This document shows, one piece after another, positions 18,065 through 25,910 of a DNA stretch of 32,000 nt. The stretch spans positions 180,001 through 212,000 of the forward strand of contig NC_009776.1 of assembly GCF_000017945.1 (NCBI RefSeq), in the 5' to 3' direction. Both the position numbers and the translations under genes were made by a program. The notes below the pieces were generated by a model. That model was not told the DNA's origin and did no database searches. It worked only from the letters and a program-made list of their open reading frames with translations. The stretch comes from Ignicoccus hospitalis KIN4/I (GTDB lineage Archaea; Thermoproteota; Thermoprotei_A; Sulfolobales; Ignicoccaceae). Position 1 is the stretch's first letter. Each line of letters starts with the position of its first letter.

Positions 18065-18607
18065 TCAGAGCTTTATGGGCAGCTTGGGCAACCTTATCCC
18101 CCTTTGTCCTTGATAATGGCCTCTAACGCTATAGTCCCGTAACACGGGAGAGTCTGTCCTGAGGAAGACCAAGTGAATGAACGGCACCCCCGGCCTCACC
18201 CTCACGGGGAAGGAGCTCCCGATTATTTCAATCACTATTTCGCCCTTGAAGCCCGCGTCCACAACCGTCGGCGGTATGTAAAGGCCCAAGCGCGCGAAGG
18301 AGCTCTTTAGATTTACCAAGCCTACTAAGTCGGCCGGCATTTCTATGTACTCTCTCGTGTGGAGAAGTACGTGTTCGTAAGGCTTTATCACTATCCCTTC
18401 GTCGTCCATAAAGCCCAGTTCGTAGTACTTGCTCAAGTCTTCCTCCTTGGTGACGTCCAATACGTCTTCCGTATTTTTGAATCTCGCATATTGGTGGCCA
18501 ATGGTCAAGTCTACCCCGTTCTCGCGCACTTGGTTCTCGTCGAAGGGTTCTATCTTCATTAGTCCCCTCCTTAAATAGGATTTTATGCCGCCGTCGGAGA
18601 GAATCAA
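18065..18607 (-). CDS. dcd: dCTP deaminase, TTG start
   Basis: MILSDGGIKSYLRRGLMKIEPF...RENGVDLTIG...VNLKSSFARLGLYIPPTVVDAGFKGEIVIEI. Confidence 0.94.
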   Translation of the reverse strand: MILSDGGIKSYLRRGLMKIEPFDENQVRENGVDLTIGHQYARFKNTEDVLDVTKEEDLSKYYELGFMDDEGIVIKPYEHVLLHTREYIEMPADLVGLVNLKSSFARLGLYIPPTVVDAGFKGEIVIEIIGSSFPVRVRPGVPFIHLVFLRTDSPVLRDYSVRGHYQGQRGIRLPKLPIKL

Positions 18608-18708
18608 GTACGTCCCGTTGCAGATCTAGAGGAAACTCGGGTAATAACGCCGTTGCAGGGCGTCACTAATAAACGCCGAATGAGAAGAGCCTGAAGGGTT
18701 TTCAAAAA

Positions 18709-19065
18709 TTGGTGGAGCACGAGGAGCCCTTCGCCTTTGTTATAGAGAGCATCAGCGAAGGGAGAATTAGGGAAAGGCTAATGAGCTGTTTGGAGAGGAA
18801 GGACGAGGCCAAGGGTTTCCTGGAGAGCATTATGCTCTCGAAACGCGAGGAGTCGCCGGTAATATGCGTGACCGGCAAGCACCTAACCCCCCGCGGCGTC
18901 TACGATAAGTTCGTTCTCGTGCTCCCCCACGAGGCCAAGTTCATAGACGACGAGGACTACGACGAGGAAGAAGTGATGTTCTTCGAGCACCGGGGCAAGG
19001 TGTACTTAGTGAGGGTTTTCCTAGACCGCGATGGCATGGAAAAACTTACTATCGAAAGGCTTTAG
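18709..19065 (+). CDS. hypothetical protein, TTG or GTG start
   Basis: ORF; convergent 4-nt overlap with 19062..19295. Confidence 0.5.
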   Translation: MVEHEEPFAFVIESISEGRIRERLMSCLERKDEAKGFLESIMLSKREESPVICVTGKHLTPRGVYDKFVLVLPHEAKFIDDEDYDEEEVMFFEHRGKVYLVRVFLDRDGMEKLTIERL

Positions 19066-19295
19066 GCCGTGAGGGCTATTAGCGTGGTGGTCTCCCTAAT
19101 TCCTTCGCTCTTCCTCACTTTGTTGAGTATGTAGTCCTCTATCTTACTCAAGCTGTCGGCCTCGAAGATTGCTATTACGTCGTAAGGCCCGGTTACTATG
19201 TCGACCCTGCTGACGTAGTCCAAGCCCTTTAAAGCTTGGTAAACCTTCTCTTCCATGCCCGACTCAGTCTTAATCAGTAGGTAGACGCGTGCCAA
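19062..19295 (-). CDS. stand-alone Lrp/AsnC ligand-binding (RAM) domain protein
   Basis: MARVYLLIKTESGMEEKVYQALKGLDYVSRVDIVTGPYDVIAIFEADSL, no HTH. Confidence 0.88.
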   Translation of the reverse strand: MARVYLLIKTESGMEEKVYQALKGLDYVSRVDIVTGPYDVIAIFEADSLSKIEDYILNKVRKSEGIRETTTLIALTA

Positions 19296-19340
19296 GGAGG
19301 CCCACCGCCGTTAGGTTATACGGGGAGGATCATTTTTACC

Positions 19341-20249
19341 TTACCTCACCGCAGCCCCCACGGCCTCCCTCAGCGAGCGGAACCCCTTGGAGTGTAGCCA
19401 CCAAGCCAACCCGGCGAGGACCTCAGAAAACACCCCGAGCCCCTTATCGGCCACGGCGCTGCCTATCTGAACTGCACTCGCCCCAGCCAACACGAGCTCC
19501 ACGGCGTCCCTCCACTCGTACACCCCACCGACGCCGACGATGGGGGCCTTGAGTTCTTTGTAGACTTCATAGACTGCCCTCACGGCTATAGGGTGGATGG
19601 CCCTCCCAGACAGCCCGCCTACTTTGTTCGTTAGGACGGGTTCCATAACATCAATATCTATTACCATGGCCCTTATCGTATTTATCAAGACCAGGCCGGA
19701 CGCCCCAGCGTCCAGCGCGGCGCTGGCGGTGTCCACGAGCTTGTCCACGAGCCCGAGCTTGGCGAACACCGGCACGTTAACCGTGGTGGCCACGGCCTCT
19801 ACTACCTTCCTAACGGCATTTATATCCATCCCCAGCTCGAGACCTAACCCCTTCGCGTGGGGGCACGAGAGGTTCAACTCCAAGGCGCTGGCGCCCGCGT
19901 CCACGGAAGCCCAAGCGGCCTCCGCGAACTCTCGCTCGTCCTTACCAGCTATAGACACGACCACCGGTAGGTTGTACTTCCTCCCGACCTCCACCAACTC
20001 CTTCGCGACCTTGACTCCGGGGTTGGCCAGCCCCACGGCGTTCACGAGCCCGCACGGCGTGGAGACCACTATAGGGGGGTCGTTCCCCTTTCGGGGCTCT
20101 AGAGTGAGCGTTTTGGTGACTAGAGCCCCTACCTTCGCCTTCTTGGCCACGGCCTCCAACGCATCCGGGCTCCCTCCCAATATCCCGGAGGCCGGCATCA
20201 GGGGGAGTCTCAACTTCAGCCCGCCCACGTCCGCGCTTAGGTCCAGCAC
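19341..20249 (-). CDS. pyrD: dihydroorotate dehydrogenase
   Basis: LPLMPASGILGGSP, LVNAVGLANPG, ALELNLSCPHAKGLG, VNVPVFAKLG, PIVGVGGVYEWRDAVELVLAGASAVQIGSAV. Confidence 0.93.
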   Translation of the reverse strand: MLDLSADVGGLKLRLPLMPASGILGGSPDALEAVAKKAKVGALVTKTLTLEPRKGNDPPIVVSTPCGLVNAVGLANPGVKVAKELVEVGRKYNLPVVVSIAGKDEREFAEAAWASVDAGASALELNLSCPHAKGLGLELGMDINAVRKVVEAVATTVNVPVFAKLGLVDKLVDTASAALDAGASGLVLINTIRAMVIDIDVMEPVLTNKVGGLSGRAIHPIAVRAVYEVYKELKAPIVGVGGVYEWRDAVELVLAGASAVQIGSAVADKGLGVFSEVLAGLAWWLHSKGFRSLREAVGAAVR

Positions 20250-20320
20250 CCCGTCGCCCCCTCGCAGAACTTTCTTAGGATTATATCGGGAGGTCCGGAA
20301 GCTTCGACGGGCATCAAGGG

Positions 20321-21187
20321 TTGCGGAAGGGAGTCATCAACGTAGTTGAGGTGCTAGTGTTAATAGTAATCTTCTTAGCGGCGGCTGCATTCTTGGCATC
20401 ATTCTATATGACGTCCGTGACGCAACAATCTGAAAAGATAAAGGAGGAAAGCCAGAAGAACGTCTTCCTAATAAATCCTCCGGCGAAGGTCATAGGTACG
20501 GTAGTGGTGGAAAACTACACGAACAGCGAGAGCGAGGCCAACGGACAGAAGGACGCAGTTCCCTTCGCTTGCTTAGAGGAGGTAGGGAGCGGCAAGAGCT
20601 GGTGGCTCTCGAGCGTGTACTTGATAAAGGGGTATGGCGGAAACGTCTTCAAGTCGGTTTCCTTGTATGACGTAGTAAAAACCGTTTCCGAAGTGTCTAA
20701 CTTAGGCGACGGGAGCAAACAGAACTTCACCGAGGTCGCCTTCGGGAACCTCAACAAGCTCGTAGCCCTCTGCTACTTGAACGACACCTTGAACGCGGTC
20801 TACAAATTCGACGTCAGCTGCGACGAGGAAGTCCTCAAGAAAACCGTAAACGACGCCGTAGGGTGGTGCAAGTCCAAAGCAAACGCTCAAACCACGTGGA
20901 TGGTGAAGTTCCTGAACCCCTTCCAGTACTTGCCCAGCGGCGGGGTGGGCGTAGCGGTCGGGCCGATAATACCCGGGGAGGTAGTTCAACAAGGGGGCAC
21001 CTTCAGCTTCAAGGTAAAGTTAGCCGAGAGCTACGACCCCAACCCGCTGCTCCCCTACTCCTTAAAACAAGAGGGCAGCTTGACCTTCGACGACATAGTT
21101 TCGTGGATCCAGAAGGGCAACGGGGCGGTGTCAGCTGTAGGGGTGATCGAGGCGGTCTGCGAGAGCTGTACTTTCAGCGTGGGTTAG
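20321..21187 (+). CDS. surface/pilus-type protein with class III (type IV pilin-like) N-terminus
   Basis: MRKGVINVVEVLVLIVIFLAAAAFLASFYMTSV..., then a Cys-containing ectodomain with N-x-T sequons. Confidence 0.6.
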   Translation: MRKGVINVVEVLVLIVIFLAAAAFLASFYMTSVTQQSEKIKEESQKNVFLINPPAKVIGTVVVENYTNSESEANGQKDAVPFACLEEVGSGKSWWLSSVYLIKGYGGNVFKSVSLYDVVKTVSEVSNLGDGSKQNFTEVAFGNLNKLVALCYLNDTLNAVYKFDVSCDEEVLKKTVNDAVGWCKSKANAQTTWMVKFLNPFQYLPSGGVGVAVGPIIPGEVVQQGGTFSFKVKLAESYDPNPLLPYSLKQEGSLTFDDIVSWIQKGNGAVSAVGVIEAVCESCTFSVG

Positions 21188-21840
21188 GGCATTTGGAGGA
21201 GCTTGTGGACTTGGGGTACTACCCTCACCCTCCTTTTTAGGTAGTCGTCCTTCAACACCTCGAGGACGAGCTCCCTCGCGGCGGACGCGTAACCCTCGCC
21301 CTCGTCCAAGGGTTGGAGGACCACGGGCCTCGGGACGTCTCCGAGCTCTTCGAGGAACTTCTTTACACACGTTAGGTCTGTCCTCCGCACCACTAACTTC
21401 AGTTCCCCCGAGAAGTTCTCCAATATCCTCCTGACTGTTGACGGGAAGTTTATGTAGTAATCGCAAGTAACTTTGGGGCTTACAGTAATCCAGATTTCGT
21501 GTCCTTCCAGGGCGCTGGGGTAGATCGTGCCGTTGGTCTCTATTTGGACGAGCCCTTTGAACCCCTTCTCTTCGAGCTCTTTCAAAAAGCTCCTTATCTC
21601 CAGTTGCCACAACAGGGGCTCTCCGCCGGTTAACACTATGAGGCCCACGCCGCTCTCGAGGGCCCTCTCCGCTACCTCGCTCACGGGGACCTTGAGTCCT
21701 GGGGACCAAGAGTACTTCGTGTCGCACCAAGGGCAGCGCAAGTTACACCTCGCGAGCCTCACGAAGTAGGCGGGCGTCCCCACCAAGCTGCCCTCGCCTT
21801 GAATCGACAAAAACTCCTCAATTACTTCGAACTCCGACAT
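21184..21840 (-). CDS. queE: 7-carboxy-7-deazaguanine synthase (radical SAM, QueE)
   Basis: FLSIQGEGSLVGTPAYFVRLARCNLRCPWCDTKYSW, LTGGEPLL. Confidence 0.92.
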   Translation of the reverse strand: MSEFEVIEEFLSIQGEGSLVGTPAYFVRLARCNLRCPWCDTKYSWSPGLKVPVSEVAERALESGVGLIVLTGGEPLLWQLEIRSFLKELEEKGFKGLVQIETNGTIYPSALEGHEIWITVSPKVTCDYYINFPSTVRRILENFSGELKLVVRRTDLTCVKKFLEELGDVPRPVVLQPLDEGEGYASAARELVLEVLKDDYLKRRVRVVPQVHKLLQMP

Positions 21841-22232
21841 CAGAGCCCGGCCTTGGCCTTTATCTGCTCTACCTCCTTGATTATCTCTTCTACCAAGTCC
21901 TTGGCCGCGCCGGGGTCTATTATGGCGGCGGCAGCGGCTTGCACCTCTATGCCGGCAGCCTCCCCGAGCTTCTTCTTGCTGGGCACGTAGACGTAAGGTA
22001 TCTTCTTCTCTTCACAGAGCAAGGGCAAGTGCGCCACTATCTCTGGGGGGTCCACGTCCTCCGCGATCAGCACCAGCTTCGCGAGGCCCTTGTCGACGGC
22101 CTTGGTAGTTTCGTTAGTACCCTTCTTTATCTTCCCGCCGCTCTCTCTGGCCTTCCTCAAAGCCTCGTAAGCCTTCTCGGCCAACTCGGGGGGCACTTCA
22201 AACCTAACGTAGAACGGCTTGCTCATCCTCAT
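21840..22232 (-). CDS. rpl7ae: ribosomal protein L7Ae / C/D and H/ACA RNP protein
   Basis: [58 protein letters not shown]. Confidence 0.96.
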   Translation of the reverse strand: MRMSKPFYVRFEVPPELAEKAYEALRKARESGGKIKKGTNETTKAVDKGLAKLVLIAEDVDPPEIVAHLPLLCEEKKIPYVYVPSKKKLGEAAGIEVQAAAAAIIDPGAAKDLVEEIIKEVEQIKAKAGL

Positions 22233-22405
22233 CTACCCCTCGTCGTGAGGGGCACGAGGGAGGGAGGTTAAAAAAGAGTGAAGGGAGGCCCGCGGCGCCG
22301 ATGAGGAGCAAGCTGAGCGCTGAAAGGTGATTGGAGGTCGGGCTCCGAGGCCTCGGACCCCGTAGGGTGTTCCTCACCTTCTTCTCGGCACCCGGAGCTA
22401 CCTCA

Positions 22406-23731
22406 TCAGCCTCTGTGGAGCCTGAGCGTCGGAGGGGGGACGTGGCCTTTCAACCTTATGAAGTTGTTGGGGCGCAAGTCCTCCACCGGGAGCACCACTC
22501 CTCTCCCCAAGAGGCCGCCTAACTCGATAACGTCCCCAGGCTTGGCGTCGGGAACTGGCAGCAAGCGAACTCCTAACGGCTTGCTATTTATTACACCTAT
22601 CATGAGTTGGTCCAGAGTTATAGAGGCCAAGGTTTCTGGGGTTACCAAAGGAATCGGCACCATGTCCAGCCCGGCCGAGCAGACAGACGTGTAAGCGATC
22701 AACTTGTACAAGTCCAAGGTCCCCCTCTGAGCGGCCTCGACCATCCCCGAGTCCTCGCTCAGCGGGACGAAGAGTCCGGAGAACCCACCGAAGCGCGAGA
22801 CAGCCATCGCCCCTCCCTTCTTCAAGGCTTCTACCAACAATGCTAGCGCCGCCAGAGTTCCCGGGGCCCCAAAGGAGGGCACGCCCATGGCCTCTACCAC
22901 CTTAGCCACGCTGTCCCCCATCTTGGGCGTCGGCGCCAAACTCAAGTCCACAGATCCCATTTCAACTCCCATCTTCTCGGCCACCTTCCTGCCGGCGAAC
23001 TCCCCCAGCCTCGCGATCTTGAACGCCGCCTTCTTTAAAACCTCGTAGAGCTCTCGGAAGCTGTTGACCTTAGACCTCCTTACTACGGCCTCCATGACGC
23101 CGGGGCCGGAGATCGCTACGTTCACCTCGGCCTCGGGCCTCCCCTTGCCGTGGTGGGCGCCGGGCATGAAGGGCACGTCCCCGGGCAAGTTCGCCGAAAC
23201 TAGGAACTTGGCGTTGCCAGTACCTTTGGTCCTTATGGCCAAGTCTATTAGCGCTTCGCTCACCTCATATACGGCCTCTACGTTCAAGCCGCTCCACGTG
23301 TCGCCGACGTTCAAGAACCCGAAGAGCCTCTCGGTTTTCGATAAAACCTCTGGTAAAACCTTGATTAAGGTTTTTGCTCTCGCGTTCAGTCCGACCTCTG
23401 CAAAAGCTCCGAAGCCTCCGAGGGCGTCCACCCCGGTCTTTACGGCTGCTCTGTCCAGCTCCTTCGCCAGCTCGACCAGCTCCTCTTCCTTGTTGACCAC
23501 CTCGGCGAGGGGGGTCAGCGCCATCCTTACTGTTACTATAGGTATGCCGTGCTCTTCGCTTACTTCCCTAACGGCACGCACTAGCTCCGAGCCCTTGCTT
23601 TCGACCGTTTCCACTATCTCTTCCTTCTCCTTCCCTGTGACGTCTAACGAGAGGGTTACTGCTCTCACGTCCAAGTTCAAGTAGTGAAGCATCTCAGTAA
23701 CTTCAGCTATCTCCTCGGGCCTGAACCTCAA
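22406..23731 (-). CDS. UPF0210 / DUF711 family protein
   Basis: LNVGDTWSGLNVEAVYEVSEAL..., CSAGLDMVPIPLVTPETLASITLDQLMIGVINSKPLGVRLLPVPDAKPGD. Confidence 0.92.
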   Translation of the reverse strand: MRFRPEEIAEVTEMLHYLNLDVRAVTLSLDVTGKEKEEIVETVESKGSELVRAVREVSEEHGIPIVTVRMALTPLAEVVNKEEELVELAKELDRAAVKTGVDALGGFGAFAEVGLNARAKTLIKVLPEVLSKTERLFGFLNVGDTWSGLNVEAVYEVSEALIDLAIRTKGTGNAKFLVSANLPGDVPFMPGAHHGKGRPEAEVNVAISGPGVMEAVVRRSKVNSFRELYEVLKKAAFKIARLGEFAGRKVAEKMGVEMGSVDLSLAPTPKMGDSVAKVVEAMGVPSFGAPGTLAALALLVEALKKGGAMAVSRFGGFSGLFVPLSEDSGMVEAAQRGTLDLYKLIAYTSVCSAGLDMVPIPLVTPETLASITLDQLMIGVINSKPLGVRLLPVPDAKPGDVIELGGLLGRGVVLPVEDLRPNNFIRLKGHVPPPTLRLHRG

Positions 23732-24101
23732 CCTTCCTACACCTCTTCCGCCGCTTCTCGGACCGAATCTCCATAGCTTTTACCATCCACTCGCGGGGCA
23801 CCAGCTCGAACGGGCACCCCTCCAGCTCGGTTACCCATAACGGCCTGGGCGGCAGCTCTACGTCTGCAAAGTAGGCGACTTCGACCCCCTCGAGCTCTTT
23901 GGCTGAGAGCTCCAACGCTCTAGAGATCTGCTTCGTGCCGAAGTAATATAGCAAAACCTCTACGGGGAAATAGCTGGAGATCGTGCATCCTTTAACAAAG
24001 TCGTCGTAAGCTAAGGCAGCGGCGGCCCTCAGCCTCACCGGGTCGGTGCCGTAGGCGTGCCTAGGCCTCTCCGGAACCTCCGCCTTCCCCCAGAATATCA
24101 A
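23703..24101 (-). CDS. hypothetical protein overlapping both neighbours
   Basis: ORF in codirectional overlapping gene string (29 nt and 41 nt overlaps). Confidence 0.5.
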   Translation of the reverse strand: MIFWGKAEVPERPRHAYGTDPVRLRAAAALAYDDFVKGCTISSYFPVEVLLYYFGTKQISRALELSAKELEGVEVAYFADVELPPRPLWVTELEGCPFELVPREWMVKAMEIRSEKRRKRCRKVEVQARGDS

Positions 24102-24591
24102 GCTCGACCCCCAAGGCCTCCTCTAGGGCGCCCTTAACGCTGGGGTCCTCTCTGAGCGTTTCAGACGCGTCCCACGGGAAGACGATCCAGTTCCCGCTCT
24201 CCTTGACCCAGAGATCAACCTCCTCCGAGCACTGAGGTTTTTTGAACAAAACTGCGGTAGTTATTGACTTGGGGGAGTAAGCCTCGAGGAACTTCTTAGC
24301 GACGCTCAAGGTCTCGCCGGAGTCGCACACGTCGTCCACTAAGAGGATTCTCAAGTCCGTCACGTTGCCAATGAGCGGCAGCGTGACGACCGGTTTGCCC
24401 TTCTTCCCTATCCCTCTGTAACTCTTGATTCTCATGACGTACAATTCCAAGCCCAAGGCATCTGCTATTAGGTGGGCCGGGACGTAGCCTCCCCTTAAGA
24501 GACCCACCACTGCGTCCACCGAATCGCCGATCGCCTTTGCCAACTCCAAACTCATCTTGTGGACTTCTTCCCAACTCACGACTTCGTACAT
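24061..24591 (-). CDS. phosphoribosyltransferase (purine/xanthine PRTase-like, COG2236 type)
   Basis: start taken at MYEVVSWEEVHK; LLRGGYVPAHLIAD, PRPP motif ILLVDDVCDSGET. Confidence 0.88.
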   Translation of the reverse strand: MYEVVSWEEVHKMSLELAKAIGDSVDAVVGLLRGGYVPAHLIADALGLELYVMRIKSYRGIGKKGKPVVTLPLIGNVTDLRILLVDDVCDSGETLSVAKKFLEAYSPKSITTAVLFKKPQCSEEVDLWVKESGNWIVFPWDASETLREDPSVKGALEEALGVELDILGEGGGSGEA

Positions 24592-24617
24592 CCGGGGGCC
24601 CTCAAGCGTGAGGAGTG

Positions 24618-24716
24618 GGAGGGTTTGTGCCCTACCCCTGACCCTCCGAGTCATCGCCCGGTGCACCGGCCTCCTCGGAGTTCTCTTTGGTAGGGCCGGT
24701 CCCCGTAGGCTGGCCC
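24618..24716 (-). promoter_or_regulatory. highly structured leader candidate upstream of the phosphoribosyltransferase; transcribed strand uncertain
   Basis: overlapping inverted repeats 24618-24624/24641-24647 and 24644-24650/24674-24680, palindrome 24658-24669, stem 24693-24697/24712-24716; A/T-rich promoter-like TTTTTAAATAA near 24721-24732 (minus). Confidence 0.35.
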
Positions 24717-24732
24717 TCGCGTTATTTAAAAA

Positions 24733-25092
24733 TCATTTGAGGAGCGCTTCGTAGCTCTTTACCTCGTCGCTGACGACGAGCACTGCCTTAAGGCCGGCTA
24801 TGTCTACATCAAACTTTACGTTCAATATTTCGTTGGGTTTCAACTCTTTCCTCTCGAGGACCGTCTCTTCGCCCCTCCTCCTTATCACCTTGCCGTCGGG
24901 GGCGTTAACGGTGTAATAGTAAAGCACGGAGAGCCTTTCAATGAAGACGGGCTTATCCGACGCGTTCCGTATAACGGCCTTGTTCCCCTCTACGCTCGCC
25001 TCCAAGGGACCTAGGGCAGCCTTCAAGACGCGGCTCAGCTCCGAGCTAAGCTTCGATCGAGCTCTTAATGAGACTTCCTCCACCGAACTCAC
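24733..25092 (-). CDS. hypothetical protein, GTG start
   Basis: ORF; no domain confidently recognised. Confidence 0.5.
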   Translation of the reverse strand: MSSVEEVSLRARSKLSSELSRVLKAALGPLEASVEGNKAVIRNASDKPVFIERLSVLYYYTVNAPDGKVIRRRGEETVLERKELKPNEILNVKFDVDIAGLKAVLVVSDEVKSYEALLK

Positions 25093-25147
25093 TTGAGAGA
25101 AGAGTCATCACCGGCTCAGGAGACCGTCGTTCGATCATCGTTCGGGC
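25089..25147 (-). ncRNA. C/D box guide sRNA candidate; D' guide predicted to target the 23S rRNA site equivalent to E. coli C2590
   Basis: minus strand: ACGATGA(25141-25135)-15 nt-CTGA(25119-25116)-4 nt-GTGATGA(25111-25105)-12 nt-GTGA(25092-25089); guide ACGACGGTCT complementary to AGACCGUCGU; flanks CCGAAC/GTTCGG complementary. Confidence 0.65.
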
Positions 25148-25148
25148 C

Positions 25149-25910
25149 TCACTTCACCATTAGCGAGTGCTCCCTCCTTATCTCGAACTTTACCCCCTCT
25201 ACTAGCTTCCCCAGCTTGTTTGCCAACAACTTCATTATGTCGTTTGTGACTTCATAGTTCCTCAGTCCGTAGGTGAGCTCGTACTCGATCCAGTCGTTCC
25301 CCACCCCCCTTACCTTTATTTTGGGTTCGGCAACGCTGAACTTCTTGGTGTAAACGACAGCGTCCTTCAAGGCCTCTTCAATGGCGTTGAAGTCATTCAC
25401 CCCGTAGAACCGGACGGTTAGCGTGAAGGGCAAGGAACGGCTCGGTATCCTCACGAGCTCCATCGCGACCAAGCTGTTGGGCACTCTTATGGTTTCCTCG
25501 TACTCTCCCCTGAGCTCTACGAAGAACGGCGTTATCCTCTTTATCCAGCCCCTCACGCCCCTCGTTAAGATAACGAAGTTGCCTACGTTGACTATCTTAG
25601 TGGACGTTATTATGTAGTAGTGGACGATGGACCTCACTACGTCCCAGAGGAGGAACGGCGTGGTGATCAGTAACGCAGAGAGTAAGAACGCTAGTACTTG
25701 AGGAGACAGGTACCCTACGAAGTCCCCTACAATTAACATTATCATGAAGATGTAGTCGAGTATGTGGGTTACGTCTTTGGCACTCGTCGGGGTCATTATC
25801 CTCCTCTTAACCATGTCCTTTATTATCTTTATCCTTAAGAACAAGTAAGCAAGCACGAGTAATATCGAGTAGGGGACGGTAACGTACAGCCACAGCTCCA
25901 CGTCTCTCAC
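25149..25910 (-). CDS. MscS-family mechanosensitive channel-like membrane protein
   Basis: N-terminal TM helices then IVNVGNFVILTRGVRGWIKRITPFFVELRGEYEETIRVPNSLVAMELV. Confidence 0.88.
   Translation of the reverse strand: MRDVELWLYVTVPYSILLVLAYLFLRIKIIKDMVKRRIMTPTSAKDVTHILDYIFMIMLIVGDFVGYLSPQVLAFLLSALLITTPFLLWDVVRSIVHYYIITSTKIVNVGNFVILTRGVRGWIKRITPFFVELRGEYEETIRVPNSLVAMELVRIPSRSLPFTLTVRFYGVNDFNAIEEALKDAVVYTKKFSVAEPKIKVRGVGNDWIEYELTYGLRNYEVTNDIMKLLANKLGKLVEGVKFEIRREHSLMVK

Noticed and set aside
19597-20349. 250-aa plus-strand ORF
   Set aside because: Antisense to pyrD, which has clear family motifs.
23064-23684. 206-aa plus-strand ORF
   Set aside because: Fully antisense to the well-supported UPF0210 gene; composition (Ser/Thr/Pro-rich) typical of a shadow frame.
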